DNA of 64,000 bases from the human T2T-CHM13v2.0 reference genome, Homo sapiens. The position numbers were made by a program, and so were the translations under genes. The notes beneath the pieces were generated by a model that ran no database searches, was not told the DNA's origin, and worked only from the letters and a program-made list of their open reading frames with translations. This document shows positions 1 to 14,324 of this stretch, one piece after another. The stretch's first letter is position 1. The number at the start of each line of letters is the position of its first letter. Location: assembly GCF_009914755.1 (NCBI RefSeq), contig NC_060926.1; one strand, 5' to 3'.

Positions 1-1404
1 GTCTTTGATTGATGAGTAAAGTCCTACAGGAACTTTATCAGCAGTATAATTACCTTCTTTTCCTAAAATTTTCATTTTGTATAAGGAAAACATGCAGGGA
101 ATCAAATCTGAAGAAAGCTGGTCTTTCTGCTTCTCTATGCTTAAGTAACAATGACCTAAGTGGAAAAATTAGAATGATTCAGGCCAGTAGCCAGTAGCAT
201 ATTCAGACATTCATTTAGCCTGGACACCTCTTGACTCCACAGGGAAGCCACAAGTTCAGGCAAGTGGTGGATTTTAAATGGTCTCATGTGTCAAAGAGGT
301 TGAATGAGCAGACTTAAAGTTGAAGGTAGCATAGAAAGATAAGTAGAACCATATGATAAGAATTTTAACAAAACTGAATTTTTGAGCATATTAAATAAAT
401 CAAAACCCAAGGTATTTTATATCATCCAGAAAGTAGAAGGCATATGTTAACTAATTGCCAGGAGTATATGTTAATGAATATATGCATATAATTATAAAAG
501 TAAAGTTATTCTAAACTCTTTAACTCTTGTAAGAGAAAATGTCTTTTTTATTCTGTCAAATAAAATTATTCACAGACTAGAGTTAGCAGATAATTATTAA
601 AATATCTAGGAGGCTTGCCTCTAAACCCCATCTCATAAAAAGGTGTAGCAACTTCATATGTAAAATAATAGAAGGTAAAATTTTGGGAGGATCTTAACTT
701 CTTATTTTACTTAAAATTATATGTCCAAAAATGCACATATTAAATTTAGAGAATCAGCATCTCTGCGCTAGTCATGATTAAGGACAAATCCACCCACTTG
801 ATAGTCTTCCCACTGAGTTAGTGAAACATGTAAGTGAAATGTTGATTACACACCTGCAAGGGCTTTCTAACCTATGTGTGGTCCTGCTAGAATGCTTTCT
901 GGTCATGGTTACTGCAATCAAAACCACCTATAAGAGGACAGGTAGAAAAGCTAATGCTTGGTAAAACACTAGTTATTTCATTCCCATCACCAAAAATATT
1001 CTGTTTATACAATTCTCTTTAATTAAGTGTAGCACAATTGCCATTTTTATTAATAGAAGCAAGATTTAAATGAATAGTTTTTTTCAGTGTGACAAATGAA
1101 TAAAAGCCAACGGAGAACATCATTATTGTTTCACATTTCCATTAACCTTAAAAAGTCTCAAGAAACTGTGTGTTTGAGCACCAGAATATATAGGTTTTAA
1201 TTACAAGATGACTCTATTTGGTATTTTTAACTTGTTACATGCTTTTACTTAGGCCATATACTGACATCAACACTTAGGAAGAAATAGGACTGCAATGAGG
1301 ACAAAACCTGTTACAGGGAAAGGAAATGATAGAGGCCTGGAAAACAAAGCAAATAACAAGAGTCAGATGTTGAAGGAATAGAGGGAAATATACTAAGAGG
1401 AAAA

Positions 1405-1560
1405 AATGTATGTATTATATCAAAATATGATATATATTTTATATAATTTATATTTACATATAAATATATATTTTGAATATATAAGTCATAATATACTATA
1501 AATTTATATAATTTATATTTATATATAAATAGATATACATTTACAATACTCATTTTTAAA
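1405..1560. repeat. AT/TA-rich low-complexity tract
   Basis: Almost pure A/T with degenerate (TA)n runs; explains spurious ORF 1311..1553. Confidence 0.8.
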
Positions 1561-1667
1561 TTTTTTAAATCACGGCTTTCAAGAATAATTTGAAAAATTG
1601 GGCTCTTTCAAAAGAGTTTGGTGAAATTAACAGCAGACATATTTATAGGAAGAAATTAATGGCTATG

Positions 1668-1865
1668 ACAGTAGCTAACATGTTAGATGATACCAATATG
1701 CCATGCAGCATTCTAAGTTTCTTACATGTACAAACTCATTTAATCATCTCAACAGCCCTAGAAAATAGGTAGAATTATTATTTTTGCTCTGAGATCAAAA
1801 TATTGCTTACAACTGCACTGAAGTAATCAGAATAGAAGAATAGGCATAACTCACATACCAGCTTT
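1668..1865 (-). mobile_element. MIR SINE
   Basis: atgccatgcagcattctaagtttcttacatgtacaaactcatttaatcatctcaacagccctagaaaataggtag resembles the antisense MIR core. Confidence 0.7.
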
Positions 1866-1989
1866 CATATCTACATACTAATCTTTCCTATTTGTTTCCA
1901 CAAATGACTCTCTATGCTCCTATAAAAATTAAATCCTCCTTCCACTTGTGACTAGAACTGGGCAATAATAATCCTATCCCATCTCTTCC

Positions 1990-2345
1990 ATAGCCTCCAA
2001 CTCTCGTGCTCTACTGAATCATTTTCATCTGCATGCAGCCGTGCTATTACTTTTTTGTCTCATCTTTATTCTTATTATTTCAACAAGCTAGTATTCTATT
2101 TATTTTCTCCCCTTTGAAGTAAAACTCAATCAAATTCACAGTGTCTAGTCATTTTATCCATTCTTTCTTAAACCCATGCTATCCACATCTAACCTCTACT
2201 CCATTAAAATATTCTTATTAATTGCCAGCAATAGCCTCTATGTTGCTAAATTTAATGATCATTTTATTTGGCCTTTGGGCATCATTTGTCATGGTTGATC
2301 ACTCTCTCTTCATTGTTAGACTCTCTCACTTGACTTGATCATACC
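1990..2345 (+). mobile_element. L2 LINE fragment
   Basis: cctctatgttgctaaatttaatgatcattt...catttgtcatggttgatcactctctc resembles the L2 RT region. Confidence 0.65.
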
Positions 2346-2444
2346 CATAAAAGCAGCATTTAAAAAGACGAAGGAAGGAAAGTCCGGTACAGAACATACA
2401 GTTTTCAGATAAAGCAATTTGACTTACGTAAATACAAAGGTATT

Positions 2445-3659
2445 CGGTGTCATCGTTAAAATTTGTAGTGTCTAGGACAAGAATATCACCAGGGCCCGCT
2501 TTACCATATGTCTCAATATTTAGAAGTTATAAATCGAGTTTAAAAAAACTGTGAATAAACAAAATATATTATGTCTTTATCCTGGCTGAAATGCTTTTAT
2601 AACAACAACTTTTCTTTTGTTGCTTTATTTTTCTGTCCTAAACTGTGTTTTTGTGCATTTTTCTTTCTACAATGACCTTGATTTTTATTTATTCTCAATT
2701 ATCAAAATGATTGTTGCAACAAAAAAATTTAATTGTATTTAAAATGTGATTATACGTGTCTTGAAAAACAAATTGAACAGAATGGGACACATTGGAAAAA
2801 TAAAATTATTTATATAGATTTGAAAAACTATTTTATTGTAATCTAAAGCATTCATTGCTTACTGAAATTATATATTAATATTAAAGATAAAATACAAATT
2901 TAAAAAGTTAATATTTAAATCGAATTTATTTAAATAAATCTGGATATTTAAATTCATTTGGGGGAATTAAATACATGTTAGTAAACTGTATAAAAATATT
3001 ATTCAGTGCATAATTACTTGTGAATGTAGAAAATTATTACTACTTTTCACACACCTTCTATCTAGGCCCCCCAGATATACAAACGTAAGGGTAATTCAAG
3101 TTAATTGATATAAAATATTTCTCAGTCACCATGTGCAAATCCTACAAGTGCAATGCAAATTCTTGATTACATCCAGAACTACCTAGTGGGCCATGAACAG
3201 AAACAAACAAGAAGATTGTATCTACTATTGAGAAACCATATTTTGTTTTGCACAAATTTATTGCATTCATGTTGAAAAGTATTTGACAAGTTAATTTGTC
3301 TTCTCAGTTCCACTAATTGAACTATCTTTCCCTACACTCCTACCAGTTGTCTGTTTCAATGTCAGCATAAGTTAAATCCACAAACTATCCCAGCAATGAA
3401 GCTTAGTCATCCTGTTTTCCAAGGATATGAAGTAAGAAGTATAGAGAGAAGTACTCTGGAAACAAGAGAGTATTAGTCACAAAAGAAGATGTTTTAGGAT
3501 TCTGAGTAGTGTTGTTCTAGTTCTGGGTACCTGATCTGAAGAAACAAATGTTTCTGTACATTCTTTACTTAATTTCTTTTAGACGTTTGCAAATATGCAA
3601 GGTCCTCTATGGAGGCCAGGACAAAGGCCTTTAGTGCCTGGATTCATACCACAATTCTG
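2445..3659 (-). mobile_element. hAT-Tip100 DNA transposon, Zaphod/MER115-like internally deleted copy
   Basis: Reverse complements of both ends resemble remembered Zaphod termini (atttataacttctaaatattgagacatatgg...; cagaattgtggtatgaatccaggcac...). The 8-bp TSD is not clearly preserved. Confidence 0.55.
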
Positions 3660-5016
3660 TGAATTATTATCAGTTATTATTGTATTAAGGTTATTAAATG
3701 TGTCATTAATGTATGAAGCATTACTATAATAGGCACCACTGATTTATAAACTATGTTTTTAAAGTTTTCATGAATGAAACTGAGAAGTTACAGAGGAAAA
3801 CAACAAATTGTGATGTGGACATACATTCTTAATTAATACCACAACTCTGGTTTTATTAAATTTAGAGAAGGAACTTTTTACTCATACTTTTTGTTTGCTT
3901 TTTAAAATATTGCTGGTGAAAAATTATTTAAAAAGCATTGTAATACACAGTAGAGTATAACTTGGAATAAACTATTTGAGATTTATAGACTAAAATGCAC
4001 TACAAAATTGTCAAATTTATATTCATATTGTTCATATTATGAGTTTTTAAAATACTGCATTTACTACTTTAAGTTTTTTGATAATAGAGAGTTTTTGATG
4101 TTGCAGGATTTGGACTTATATATTTTAAATTATAGTTTTAATAGATACCATAAGATATCCTTTAAATTCCTTATCTCTCAAAGCAGCTGCATCTTTCTGA
4201 GCTCTTAGAATTGAATTGGCATTTGAATCAGAATATAGACCTTTAATTTCTCAGCTATTTCCATTATTCTTTGCTCTGCTAGAAACCAAAGTTTAAGATG
4301 TTAAGAAAAGAAACAAGATATGAGTCTAATGAAATTTGTTTAAAGCAAGAAAAAAACCTGAAAACAATGTGTTGCCTATTCATATTGTTATCTGTCAGAA
4401 ACCAAAGGAAATGCTTAGCTTGTATTGCTTAATTTTAAACTATAGATCTTCAAAAGACTGATTCAAATTTGCAATGAACTTGGCATACCTAAATGAAATA
4501 CCTATAAAAATTGGGGGAAAATTGTGGATGAAATACCTGGGTACTATAGCAGCAGGATGTAATTAGAAAGAGCGCAAACCCTTAAAAGGGCATTTGGCTA
4601 ATGATAGTCTAGTTAATTTGGAAACTTGTAAGTCTAATGATTAATAAAAAAATATTTAACATAAATTTTTACATTTAACCTAGTTGAGACTTGAGAATCT
4701 GGTGGAAAGGGTGAAAAGGACATAAGATCAGAAATCACCACTTCTCATGAAAAAAGATCATCATTAACAATACAAGCAAGTTATGTCGACATAATTTACG
4801 TGAACTTTACATGAAAACAAATTTGTTTTGGAATCTAGCATTATAGACACCTAGCTTTTCTTCTCGTTAAAGATTTGAACACGATCATTTGCTGTTATTA
4901 ATTTTTTTATATATTTTTCTTTTCAGCTATGCTTTTATCAAATAGAGCAATCAATGATATTCATTCCTTCTCCACCTTTCTCCTTCTTCTTTATATAAGA
5001 GAATATAAACAAACAA

Positions 5017-5190
5017 GAATCTTAGAAAAATAGGACTGTAGAAGTTAAATTGGAATTAACTTGAGAGATAATTTTGTCCAACATCCTCATTTTGTGTAAG
5101 AGAAAAAAAAAAAAAACCCAGGAGTAGTGATTTGAACATACCACAGCTATTTATTTCCCCAGAATCATATCTGCAGCTCCAATTACTATC
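5017..5190 (-). mobile_element. MIR (MIR3/MIRc-like)
   Basis: ttgagagataattttgtccaacatcctcattttgtgtaagag resembles the antisense MIR core. Confidence 0.55.
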
Positions 5191-5221
5191 ATTGGAGACT
5201 GAATTTTAATTATGAGCCAAA

Positions 5222-6097
5222 TGACAGGGATCAAGAAGTCCTTAGTGTTTCTCTCAGTTGGATCGAGCTTTAAACGGGCTTCTTTCTGCCTCTAAGTCCC
5301 TGACCCGTGTTTTTTTGTTTTTTGTTTTTTTTTTTTTTAAAGAGCATTTACTTTAGAAATCTTGTCATTGTAAATTCGTTCCTCTGTTCCTTTGAGGTGT
5401 AAATCATTTTAAAAGCTTCTTGCTAGTTTTACAACCTAAGAATGTCTTTCTCAAAGACCTGGGAGGCATTCCTTTGAAATGTAATGTTAAAGAAGTGCCC
5501 CTATCTTCCAGATTCTATGGAAAAATAAGGGTCTAACTTCTGCAGGGAACCGCCTCCAAAACCACCTCTGCCAAAAAGGGAAGGTTTACTCTTCTTTTGG
5601 GTAAAGGCAGTAAGCAAACACCACAACTGGTCTATAACTCATCCTCCCACCTCAGCTTTTAAGAACTCCTAGCCCTTTGTTTTTGTCTCTTTGGTTACTG
5701 ATACATAATAATTGTATATATTTATGGAGTTCATGTGATATTTTGATACATGCATACAATGTGTAATAATGAAATCAGAATTTTTAGGATATCTATCACC
5801 TCAAATATGCATCTTTCTGTGTGTTGGGAACATTTCAAATCTTTTCTTCTATTTTGAAATACACGATAAATTACTGTTAACTATAGTAACACTGCTGTGC
5901 TATTCAACACTAGAACTTACTTCTTCTATGGGAACGGAGGGGTTAAGAGAGGTTGGTTAATGGTCTCAGCCCTTTGTTTAAGCAGGTTTAATTCAGACTG
6001 AGTTCTGCCTCTATCCACTGTTTCAATAATAATTCAATAACCTTGAATAAGGTCATCTTGCCTAATTAACTTTGTCCGGTGTAATTTATTCTTCAAT
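5222..6097 (+). mobile_element. ERV1 solo LTR, MER67-like, interrupted by an L1
   Basis: Starts tgacagggatcaagaagtcc; contains agagcatttactttagaaa...gtctttctcaaagacctggga...cctttgaaatgtaat; 3' aataa signal region resumes after 5980. Confidence 0.7.
5683..5964 (-). mobile_element. L1MA 3' end, 5'-truncated and 5'-inverted
   Basis: Antisense L1MA 3'UTR at 5683-5929, then ~35 bp of sense L1MA; TSD agccctttgttt at 5671-5682 and 5968-5979. Confidence 0.85.
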
Positions 6098-6682
6098 AGC
6101 AGCTACATGCATTTGGCCAAATAACATTAGAGCATAGCATGCCTAGAAAAGTAATATAACTGATGAAATATTAATGTAAATGTGTAGGTTTGGGGGGATA
6201 ATATGAAAGACTGATAAATTTGGGGGATTTTTTAGATACAAGAGAAGGTGAACAAATATTAAGAATGTCTCAGCATGTCTCAGGGAAATGGAGTATCATT
6301 AAGAATACACTTAAAGTCTCTCAGTATGTTTGCTAACTTAGCTTTAGACTCTAGCATTATGGATGTTTAAGTTTTCCTCTCTTGAAGTACTTCTAAATAA
6401 CTATTTTGAAATGTCTACATTTATGATATAATTCACATATTTTAACTAAGAAGGTCTGATTATTACATTTACCATAATATTTGCCTTTTCCTGTTGAAAA
6501 GATTTCATACTGGGGAAATGCATATTTAATCAATTGTGGCAAAAGATATATAGTTGTAATACAGTCATAATATCTAATCACAAGGAATTTCCTGAACCAG
6601 GCACCGTCCTTAGTTGACACAAGTATAAATTTCAGTTAGACACTTAGATTTCTCAAAAATGAGTAATATGATTGAAATACAG

Positions 6683-6689
<7 letters not shown>

Positions 6690-6716
<27 letters not shown>
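6690..6716. repeat. (CA)n microsatellite
   Basis: Read directly. Confidence 0.95.
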
Positions 6717-6718
<2 letters not shown>

Positions 6719-8159
6719 TAGCCTTCATGACTCATCTAGAAAAAATTTCAATATATAAAGATGATAAAGATAAAAGATGTCATAAGTTAAGCCAGGATTC
6801 TGCCATTTTGTGTAGTAATGAGGAGAAAACATCAATAATAGAACAAGAGTTAATGACTAACTCATGTTAATACCATATTTCACTTCAGTTTGTTTGCAAT
6901 TTAGAATTATTCTAATTACAAGTCACTCACTGGTCCCTCCTCCCCGATACCAAGAAGGGAGGCTAAATCTCAGATAAATTATAGCAAACAATGTACTTGC
7001 CTTTCATTGTATTTACCTTTCCCCCAACCTGTTCCTAAACCTCTCCTTACCTCTGGGGAAGATACAAAAAAGAACACAGTAGTTGTATATTTCAAAAATT
7101 TCTCATTTTTAGTCATTACTTACTTGGGGAAATTTGCCTCACGAGATATTTGTTTACCAGATTCAGATAGAGCTTTTTTAAATTGAAGATGTCAGTCTTT
7201 ACTAATGTAGTGGCCATATACTATGTTTTGACAGCCTAACTTTTAACAAGTACTATTATAGTTGTGAATTGTGTCACCAAATTAATTATAATTCAGTATG
7301 ATTAACGTGGAAATACTGTGAATCTAGGTATCTTTAAACAAAGAGGTATTCAGGCTTCCACTACCTACATATACTGCATTTCTTTCTGCTTTATTTTAAT
7401 TCCCTCACATCCAAAATTTGGATGGGTGCATAAAGGCTTGGTGATAGCCATGAAAAGTACTTGGTTTCTTATAGATGTAGCATCATTACCAGAGATAATA
7501 ATGTTTACTTGAAAATTATTAATATATGTTTATTTCTGTTATATATCAACTAACAATGTTCAATTCTTTTCTAGCAAAACCACATATAAATAATCATAAA
7601 GTGATCATACTATTTTTTTTGAGACAAATAATAGAAACTGTCAGGTGTATCCGTGGAAAGCATCCTAGGGATGTTTAGAGATTCTTGGGCTTCTTAGCTC
7701 ATATTGGAATAAAAACTAACAGGAAACAAGTTTATTCATGAAAAGCTGGAGGTACAGGATAGGTAGTAAAATATGGAAGAATGCTACATTTTATTCACAT
7801 GATTTTCTGATATTTTAATACATGTAAGTAATTAAAACTAAATGAGTATTAACTGAGCACCTTGATGCCCAATCAATGCATTTCTGGGAAGAACTCAATT
7901 AGTTTATAAAAGGTTAAAATAGCATAAAGAAAATAGTTTTGTTGTGTTTCAAGTAAGGCTGTAATACCAACATTTTTGTATTCATAGTTACAATATTATC
8001 TTAGTGGCTATTTATTCAGGTGTGTTAAAGTTTTCAAAGAAGCATTTATTGTAGTTGTAAAACTTTCCATTATAATATTGTTTTAAAAAACTATTTTGAA
8101 CAAGAAAGATGAAATTTTAAAGTAAAATAATTTTTACCAAATACTTTGTTTTATAAAAC

Positions 8160-8455
8160 ATTTATATTTAAGCCCATTTGTTATTGTATATATTTAAGAT
8201 ATACAACATGGTGTTTTGATACACATATACATAGTGTAATCAAATTAACATTTCTATCACCTTCAACAGTTACTTTTCTGGAGTAAGATCCTCTGAAATC
8301 TGCTCTCTTAGCAAGTTTTCAGTATACAATACAACATTATTACCTATATTCCTCATGCTTTACATTAGAGCTCCAGATTTATTCATCCTACATAACTGCA
8401 AGTTTGTATCATTTTCTACTTTTTATCTATTTCCTCCCAGTCTCCACTCCTGGTA
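8160..8455 (-). mobile_element. L1MA (MA8-10-like) 3' end
   Basis: ttgtatatatttaagatatacaacatggtgttttgatacac...ctctcttagcaagttttcagtatacaatac. Confidence 0.8.
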
Positions 8456-8964
8456 AGACACTGATAATTTCAAATAAATAATCTCATAAGAAAATTATGA
8501 ACTTTTGTTCTCTGATTAATTGAAATTTTCTTTTGAAATCTAGCATTAGTTTTAAGCCCAAAATAGGGCAAAGTAAGTTTTTATACTATATTGCTGAAAA
8601 CATAGCATGCTAGCCAATGTTATTATCTCATTTTAGATATGCATATATTTTTGAAAATCCACCTGAAATAGCCATGAATTTTATGTTTTACCTATACATA
8701 TATTAGTGGGAGATACATAAAATGTAAACTTACGTTACGTCTGTCTTTCCCTGCATAATAAACTGTTTCAAATTGAGGTAGATATCATACAAATGAAGTC
8801 CTTTTGTGATAAATAGGGAAGAGTTTTGGCAAAACTGTGCTCAAATCATGTTGTCTAGGCTTGTGCACTGATTGCCTCAAACTAATCTTCACTGTATTAG
8901 GTGTGAAGAAATTAACTGGGACTTAAATCTTCTTAAGAAATACTGGCTTTTGGCATTACACAAT

Positions 8965-9381
8965 TCATTAGGATTCTGTGTTTGTCCTTTGTTGTGTAAT
9001 CTTAAGGTGGTTGCTGCATTGCTCTCCCTGTCACATGTAAATGATATGGAGGGTAGACTGGGGTGCCAAGACGTTACCCTGACTTATGCACTCACTTTGT
9101 GTGCAAATGGAGCTCTCTAAGATGCTCTAGCCACCGATTCCAGTGTTCCACACAGGATAGTAGGATGGTACCTAAATGTGCTATTAAAGCATGATATGTG
9201 AGCATTGTTAGCTGCTTGTAATGTCAAACGTCTGAGCTGGAGAATCTATAGGCAGAGCTGTGACCCCCTAAACAGGAAAAATGTGGTAACCTAAGTACTT
9301 CATGTTCTCTGAGACTAGATACTAGATCCAGGCTGGCAGGCCAGGCTGGAGATCTAAGAGTCCAGATACACAGGGCTTGAC
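8965..9381 (+). mobile_element. Probable ERVL-class LTR, family unassigned
   Basis: GC-elevated block with an attaaa polyA-like signal (~9183), ending ...gggcttgaca; left boundary uncertain. Confidence 0.4.
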
Positions 9382-10174
9382 AGACCCTCTATCTCCAGCA
9401 CACTTCCCTTCCAAACTCTGGCAAGTGAACTTTCCTATTGTTCTTTCCAATGTATTTGGTTCTCTCCTATAGGAAACCCTTTGGATGAGAAATCTTAGAG
9501 AGGTAATGTGAGAGTATAATACATTTGAATATGCTGAAAAATATGTTTTTTACATTTATATCAAGATTTATGAAAGGTGCTAATTCTGACCTGTGGCACT
9601 CTCTGGGTTTGCCTAAGGAGCCCCTTTAACACGCACTGGTCTCCAATTACAATCCTCGTCAAAGAAGTTAATGGGAAGAGTACTAAATTTACCAATGAGG
9701 AATGAGACAATTTGTTTTCTGTGAATTATGTGTAGATTCCTAGACATCAGCCTTAATCCAGCACTAAGATACCTTGAGATGCCAAGAGAATGGTTTGGTT
9801 TAGATTCTCAATGGGGCCCTCTTTAGGCCTTCTTGTGACTTAATGCTTATACTCCAGTAGGACTTTGATTATCTGATTCAGCTGTATATATTATAAAAGC
9901 AAAAGCTACTTATATAAAAGTAATAAAGTAATTTAATTTAATCAGTTAATGAAAATATTTTTAAGTAACTGTGCCAGGTGGTAGCTTAACATTTTAACTT
10001 TCTAATTTAATTTACATAATTTAAAAAGAATATGAAAATTCCACATGACTTGACTTTCACTCCCATAAATTAGGCCCAGTCAATATATTCAGTGTTTAAT
10101 GCCATTTAAAAACTGTGTAGCTTTATTTTCATTAATTTACCATGTATATAGAAAACAATTCCTAAATTGCTTTT

Positions 10175-12265
10175 ATTTGAAAGCTTGCCATTTTTTTAAA
10201 AGCCTTCAGAATTATATAAAGGTTGCAAGAATCGTTCATCGAAGTTCTGTATGCCTTTACGTACATTTGCCAATTTTCATCATTTTGCCACCTTTACTAT
10301 ATCTTCTCTTTTTCTCTTTCTCTCTCCCTTCCTCCTGTCTCCTTCTCTCTGTCTCTCTGACATTTCTGACATTTGGCTGAACCATTTGAGAGCAAGTTAC
10401 AGACATGATCAATTATCCCTTAATAATTCAACCTGTAAGAACAAGGACATTCGATCACATGTTCACAGTACAATTAACATGTTCAGAAAATTTAACATTG
10501 ATATAATAATTATATCTAATACACTATCTATACTCCAATTCTTTCAATTGTCCCAGATATATATATATAGATAATATTTTTAATTGATCCAAGATAATGC
10601 TTTTATTAATTTGTGGGTCTCTTTAGCCACCTTTAGACATAAACAATTGCTCACCTTTTCTTTTTATCTCATAACACAGGCACTTTAAGGAGAATATATG
10701 GATTTTTCTTTGTTTTCACATGATTAGATTCAGATTACGCATTTTTGGCAAAAATTTAACATATATAATATCACAATTTTTTTTAGTACAACACATTGTG
10801 GGTGGCATAATGTCCATGAGTCCTAGTTGTTGTATGTTAATTTGACATATTTAATTTAGGTGGCATCTTTTATATCAGTATATTAAAAAAGCAGCCTGTT
10901 GAGATTCTCTGAGACTATGTAAGTATTCCATTCTCCATCACATTTTAACTGATGGTTTTGGCAGTCATGGACTATTCTTGGCTGAAATATAAATAAAAAA
11001 TTGGTGCCGGGAGTTATTTTTAAAATCTATTGTTTTTACACCTACGTTATTTATTTATTAATACACTTACTTATAATCACTATGGGTTCATAGTCAGTGG
11101 ATTATAATCCGTTCTTTTTACAATACGTTTCATGCTGAAATTGTCCCATAATTGGCTAGTGCGAACATTTTCACATTGACTTGAGTCCCTCCCCCTTTAA
11201 TGGTATTTTCTTACTTTCTGGCAAATGAAGTGTTATGAGTTTACTTTGTACTTTCTCTGCCCCATCCTTTAAATCAACTATTTCTTCAAAAATTACTTGT
11301 TCCCTTAAGTGAATAATAGTTTTGAGGAGCCAGATATAATTGCTTGATGACTTAATGCCTATTGGGTTGATATTGCACTTGGATCCTTTTAACAAAGAGA
11401 ACTATAATTTAGTAGGTTGGTAGGAGGGTGGGTAGATAGATATATTGATAGATAGATTTTTAAAAATCATGTTTATGTTGTTATCTTCAATACTCAACTA
11501 ACAACACAGATTTCATCCTTGCCTTACTAGACCCCCCATTCCATATTTGTTTTTTCATAGCATGAATACTTGCTTCTCATAATGTCATACATTTGTATTT
11601 GACATATATTTATTTATTTGCTTAATTTTACAATATGTATGGCCTTACTATACAGAAAATTATTAACACAGTGGGTTTAAATTGCTACCCTTGAAAAGTT
11701 CTGCTTGTAAGGTGAGCTCTTGGCTGGCATCTGGGAACTTGGATTTCAAGAATGTTCCTACACTCCTAACTGGTAAGAATTGCTCACTGTGTCTAAACTG
11801 TTTGGGTAAGCAATATGGTATATCCTGAACACCTACTTTCCTTCTAAGAGTCTGGAATTTTTGTACATACCAGGTAGAGGCCCCCTATTTGACTCGGCCC
11901 AATAAAAACTGTGGATGATGCTTCTGTATCCGACTTCCCAGTTGAAAACATTTCACATGTTCTTGCTGGGGAAATTAAGCACATTCTGTGTGATTCCACT
12001 GGGAGAGGACCCGTGGGAAACTATCTGCTTTCCCCAGATTTGCTCGATACAACTTCTCTACTAGTTAATTTTGTCCTGTATCCTTTTGCTGTGAGTAAAA
12101 CTTGTGCTAAATTCTGTGATAATTCCCCCTAGGGAATCATCAAACCAATAGTCTTGGGTACCTCTGACACGCCTGCAAACAGAACACCTCTAAGGAGAGT
12201 TTTAAAAATTATATCTTTTTTTTTTCCTTTCATTAGACTGAAAGTAGTCAGAAATACACAGTCAG
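10175..12265 (-). mobile_element. L1MC4/5-like 3' region, interrupted by MER68
   Basis: ctgaaccatttgagagcaagttacagacatgatc...aagaacaaggacatt...aaatttaacattgatataata. Confidence 0.7.
11649..12171 (+). mobile_element. MER68 solo LTR (ERVL)
   Basis: ttggctggcatctgggaacttggatttc...ctcactgtgtctaaactgtttg...gtgattccactgggagaggac...gtcttgggtacctctgacac follow the remembered MER68 consensus end to end. Confidence 0.85.
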
Positions 12266-12756
12266 AAATTACCTTTTTCTTTTTACTTTTTGTTTTGAAA
12301 TAATTGCAAATTCACGAGAATAGCAAAAAAAAATAAAAAAAGGACAGAGAGCTCTATGTACCTTGTACCAAGTTTCCTACAGTGATTATATTTTACGTAA
12401 CTATAACAAAATATCAAAGAAGGGATTTGGCATTGGTATAGTGTGTGCTTGTGGTTCTCTGTGAGTGTAAATTCAGGTAACCACCATGACAATCAACCTA
12501 TAGAACTATTTCTTCAACACAAAGTTCCCCTTCAGGCTGCCCACTTTGCAGTCACATGTAACTCCCTTCTTATCACCACCCCCATCATCAGTAGAAACAC
12601 TGATCTGTTTCCATATTTATTATTTTGTCCTTATGAGAATGCTATATAAATGGAATCACATGGAGTGTGACATTTTTGGGATTGGTTTTTATTATATAGT
12701 AATTCAGGTGAGATTAAACATGTTACCGCCTGTATCAGTAGCCTATTCCTTTTTAC

Positions 12757-14308
12757 AAATGTAATTGCCTTGGGCAGTATGGCCATTTTGATGGTATTGA
12801 TTCTTCCCATCCATGAGCATGGAATGTTTTTCCACTTGCTTGTGTCATCTCTGATTTCTCTGAGTAGTGATTCGTGGTTCTCATTGTAAAGATCTTTCAC
12901 CTCCCTGGTTAGCCCTATTCCTAGGTATTTTATGCTTTGTGTGGTAGTTGTGAATGTGATTGCATTCCTGATTTGGCTCTCAGCTTGGCTGTTTTTGGTG
13001 TACAGAAATGCTAGTAATTTTTGTACATTGATTGTGTATCCTGAGACTTCACTGAAGTTTATCAGATTAAGGAGATGTTTGAGCTGTGACTATAATGTTT
13101 TCTAGATATGAAATTATGTCATATGCAAACAGGGATAGTTTGACTTAGTCACTTCCTATTTGAATACATTTGTTTCTTTCTCTTGCCTAATTGCCCTGGC
13201 CAGGACTTCAAATACTACCTTCAATGGGAGTGGTAAGAAGGGCATCCTTGTCTGGTGCTGGTTTCCAAGGGGAATATGTCCAGCCTCTGCCAATTCAGTA
13301 TGATGTTGTCTGTGGGTCTGTCATAGATAGCTCTTATTATTTTGCGGAATGTTCCTTCAATACCTTGTTTATTGAGAGTTTCTAACATGAAAGGGTGTTG
13401 AATTTTATCAAAAGCCTTTTCTGCATCTATTGAGATAATCATGTGGTTGTTGTCTTTAGTTTTGTTTATGTGATGAATCATAATAACTGATTTGCGTAGG
13501 TTGAATTGAACTTGCATCCCAGGGATAAAGCCTATTTGATTATGATGGATAAGCTTTTTGATATGCTGCTAGATTTGGTTTGCTAGTATTTTGTTGAGGA
13601 TTTTTGCATTGAGGTTCATCAAAGGTACTGACTTGAGGTTTTCTAATTTTTATCATGTCTCTGCCAGGTTTTGGTATCAGGATGATGCTGGTCTTACAGA
13701 ATGAGTTAGGGAGGAGTCCCTCCTCCTAGATTTTAAAAAATAGCTTCAGTGAGAATGGTACCAGATCTTCCTTGTACATCTGATAGCATTTGGCTGTGAA
13801 TCTGTCTGGTCCAGGGCTCTTTTTGGTTGGTAGGCTATTTATTACTGATTCCATTTTAGAGCTCATTATTGGTCTGTTCCAGGATTCAGTTTCTTCTCGG
13901 TTCAGTCTTGGGAGGGCATATGTGTCCAGGAATTTACCCATTTCTTTGAGATTTTCTATTTTGTTTGCATAGAGGTGTTCATAATATTCTCTGATGGTTA
14001 TTTGTATTTTTGTGGGGTCAGCAGTAATGTCCCCTTTATTGTTTGTAATTGTGTTTATTTGGATCTTCTCTCTTTTCTTTATTTGTCTGGCTAGCAGTCT
14101 ATTTTATTATTATTTTTTTCTTTTTCAAAAAACAACTCCTGAATTCATTGATCTTTTGAATGGTTTCTCATGTCTCTGTCTTCTTTAGTTCAGCTCTGAT
14201 ATTGGTTATTTCTTGTCTTCTGCCAGCTTTGGGGTTGATGTGCTCTTGGTTCTCCAGTTCTTCTGGTTGTAATGTTAGGTTGTTAAATTGAGCTATTTCT
14301 AAATTTTT
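12757..14308 (-). mobile_element. L1PA-type (older primate) internal ORF2 fragment, no 3' end
   Basis: ORF2 peptides on the minus strand: [58 protein letters not shown]. Confidence 0.9.
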
Positions 14309-14324
14309 GACCCAGCAATCCCGT

